From: a virus
Virus record (IMG/VR): IMGVR_UViG_3300029698_000123
Span: 1-5,141 of that record
Reading direction: 5' to 3' (one strand)
Length of the DNA: 5,141 nucleotides
Below are positions 4,269 to 5,141 of this stretch, in pieces (positions within the stretch are counted from its first letter, which is position 1; each line of letters starts with the position of its first letter). Below the pieces are notes generated by a model. The model searched no databases and had not been told where the DNA came from. It saw nothing but the letters and a program-made list of their open reading frames with translations. The position numbers were made by a program, and so were the translations under genes.

Positions 4269-5141
4269 ATGAAAACGGTTGTTAAGCTTGATTATGCTAC
4301 GTTTGTTTTTGAGCAAGGTTCGATTTCTATTTCCATGATCGAAGATGCGCTTGCTCAGTGCGATTTACATTTTTCGCAGATTTCTAACGCAAGTGAGAAT
4401 TCTCCCTACAATTCCCCTGCGGGTCTTTTCTATAAGCCGAACAACGGCGCGAAACAGTCTCCGCACTCTCTCCAAGTTTCTGGTCATGGTTGTGAGCTTT
4501 TCCGTTCCACCTTGCCGCGTCTTGCGTCACTGATGGAAGGTCACGAATTCGGTCACTTTTCCCGTCTTGATTTTTGTTTCGATGTTGTTATGACTAAAGA
4601 ACGTTGGCGCGAGTTCTATTTGGGTGTTATTTCTGCTTCTGTCGATGAAATGAATTACCCTGAAAAAGCCCGTAAGGTTCGTAAAGTCATGTATCAGGGC
4701 TATGGCGATTCTACTACAGTCTATATCGGTCGTAGAGCGTCTTCTGCGGTCTTCTGCCGTATCTATAATAAGTCCCTGCAAGACCCTGAAGAAAAGCTTT
4801 GTGTGGCTTCTGGTGAGTTTCTGGACTGCCCTGATGATTCCTATATCATTCGTTATGAGATGGAATTGAAATTTACTTCTCGAGTTCGTTCTGGTTCTCG
4901 TACTGTCTATGACCCGTCTCCGCTTTTCTGGTTTTACTACGAAGACCCTGAGAAGCTTTTCACCTATCTTCGTAAAGTTTGGAATCGTTACGGAAATGAA
5001 ACTCTTCTTCCCGATGGCTGGGACGATATGCAGTTCGTGACCGATATGGTAGCCCGTGGCATTCATTACACTGATGACTTTTGGCATCCCCTTAGCGGCG
5101 CGGAAAAAGCCCGCCGCGCAAGGGCTTGCGGACGCGGCGGG
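4269..5141 (+). CDS. Rolling-circle replication initiator, Rep_trans family (pT181 RepC / CTXphi RstA-like); 3' end not in the window, or disrupted after 5095
   Basis: I translated this by hand and found no stop from ATG 4269 to the window end (291 codons). SD AAAGGTGG lies at 4252-4259. Motifs typical of the family are LDYATFVF, LQVSGHGCELF, SRLDFCFD, TVYIGRRASSAVFCRIYNK and IIRYEMELKF. It is absent from the ORF track only because it lacks a stop codon. The track ORF 4527-5087(-) is its antisense shadow. Confidence 0.85.
   Translation, partial: MKTVVKLDYATFVFEQGSISISMIEDALAQCDLHFSQISNASENSPYNSPAGLFYKPNNGAKQSPHSLQVSGHGCELFRSTLPRLASLMEGHEFGHFSRLDFCFDVVMTKERWREFYLGVISASVDEMNYPEKARKVRKVMYQGYGDSTTVYIGRRASSAVFCRIYNKSLQDPEEKLCVASGEFLDCPDDSYIIRYEMELKFTSRVRSGSRTVYDPSPLFWFYYEDPEKLFTYLRKVWNRYGNETLLPDGWDDMQFVTDMVARGIHYTDDFWHPLSGAEKARRARACGRGG
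5084..5095 (+). repeat. Right copy of the 12-nt direct repeat gcatccccttag
   Basis: Identical to 67-78 and in the same codon phase within the Rep ORF. Composition switches to GC-rich immediately afterwards. Confidence 0.5.
5096..5141 (+). repeat. GC-rich palindromic element with two mutually exclusive hairpins, related to the intergenic GC island
   Basis: A 9-bp stem joins cccgccgcg (5110-5118) and cgcggcggg (5133-5141). An alternative stem joins 5095-5103 and 5110-5117. It shares cgcaagggc (5117-5125 vs 4085-4093) and gacg(c)ggcggg (5131-5141 vs 4153-4161) with the intergenic region. It is cut by the window edge. Confidence 0.5.

Larger units (their letters stand above)
79..5095 (+). mobile_element. 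Filamentous (inovirus-like) ssDNA phage / prophage unit, about 5.0 kb, bounded by a 12-nt direct repeat
   Basis: Co-directional module of Rep_trans initiator, gene-V-like ssDNA-binding protein, pIII-like protein, several 37-55 aa membrane proteins and a pI/Zot-like ATPase. The coding strand is T-rich. One structured intergenic region is present. The 12-nt repeat gcatccccttag occurs at 67-78 and 5084-5095. The boundaries are inferred, not proven. Confidence 0.6.

Noticed and set aside
3994-4316. Minus-strand ORFs 3994-4236 and 4122-4316 as a possible divergent repressor upstream of rep (like rstR in CTXphi)
   Set aside because: They run through the GC-rich hairpins, the terminator stem and the promoter hexamers. 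The products are Arg/Pro/Thr/Gly-rich low-complexity strings with no helix-turn-helix-like segment, and no SD is present.
4527-5087. 186-aa ORF on the minus strand, the longest unexplained ORF in the supplied track
   Set aside because: It lies entirely antisense to the Rep_trans ORF (4269->5141), which carries clear family motifs, an SD and a promoter. Its sequence is low-complexity and Arg/Ile/Thr-rich, as expected for a shadow frame of a T-rich gene.
1-5141. CRISPR arrays, rRNA, IS elements with transposase, or toxin-antitoxin pairs
   Set aside because: There are no regularly spaced direct repeats, no rRNA-like conserved blocks, no transposase- or integrase-like ORF, and no small two-gene cassette with the expected features.

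Overview
The window looks like an almost complete, very small (about 5.0 kb) filamentous ssDNA phage or prophage of the inovirus type. All convincing genes are on the + strand. That strand is visibly T-rich, with NNT/NNC codon preference, and most genes are joined by overlapping stop/start codons (ATGA, ATGGTAG, TAATG). Gene order is: C-terminal end of a replication protein (2-385), gene-V-like ssDNA-binding protein (404-646), a canonical tRNA-Gln(CUG) (706-779), and a secreted Ser/Cys-rich pIII-like adsorption protein (827-1996). These are followed by two small membrane proteins (1993-2124, 2118-2285), an acidic tail-anchored protein (2285-2896), and another small membrane protein (2896-3009). 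Next come a Pf3-like major coat candidate (3108-3236), a long hairpin terminator, a pI/Zot-like assembly ATPase (3293-3934) and a second terminator. A GC-rich structured intergenic island follows (about 4040-4200), then a near-consensus promoter (4208-4236) and a Rep_trans-type replication initiator that runs off the window (4269->5141). That last ORF is missing from the supplied ORF track because it has no stop in the window. The most notable observations are four. (1) A tRNA gene sits inside such a tiny phage. (2) A 12-nt direct repeat lies in frame at both ends (67-78 and 5084-5095); joining the copies would rebuild one intact 377-aa Rep ORF, which suggests an integration or recombination junction. 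(3) GC-rich hairpin elements that contrast with the T-rich phage occur upstream of rep and again after position 5095. (4) An orphan ribosome-binding site and mini-ORF lie ahead of the coat gene. No secretin, integrase, repressor or CRISPR array is visible. All homology statements come from motif recognition by eye, not from database searches.
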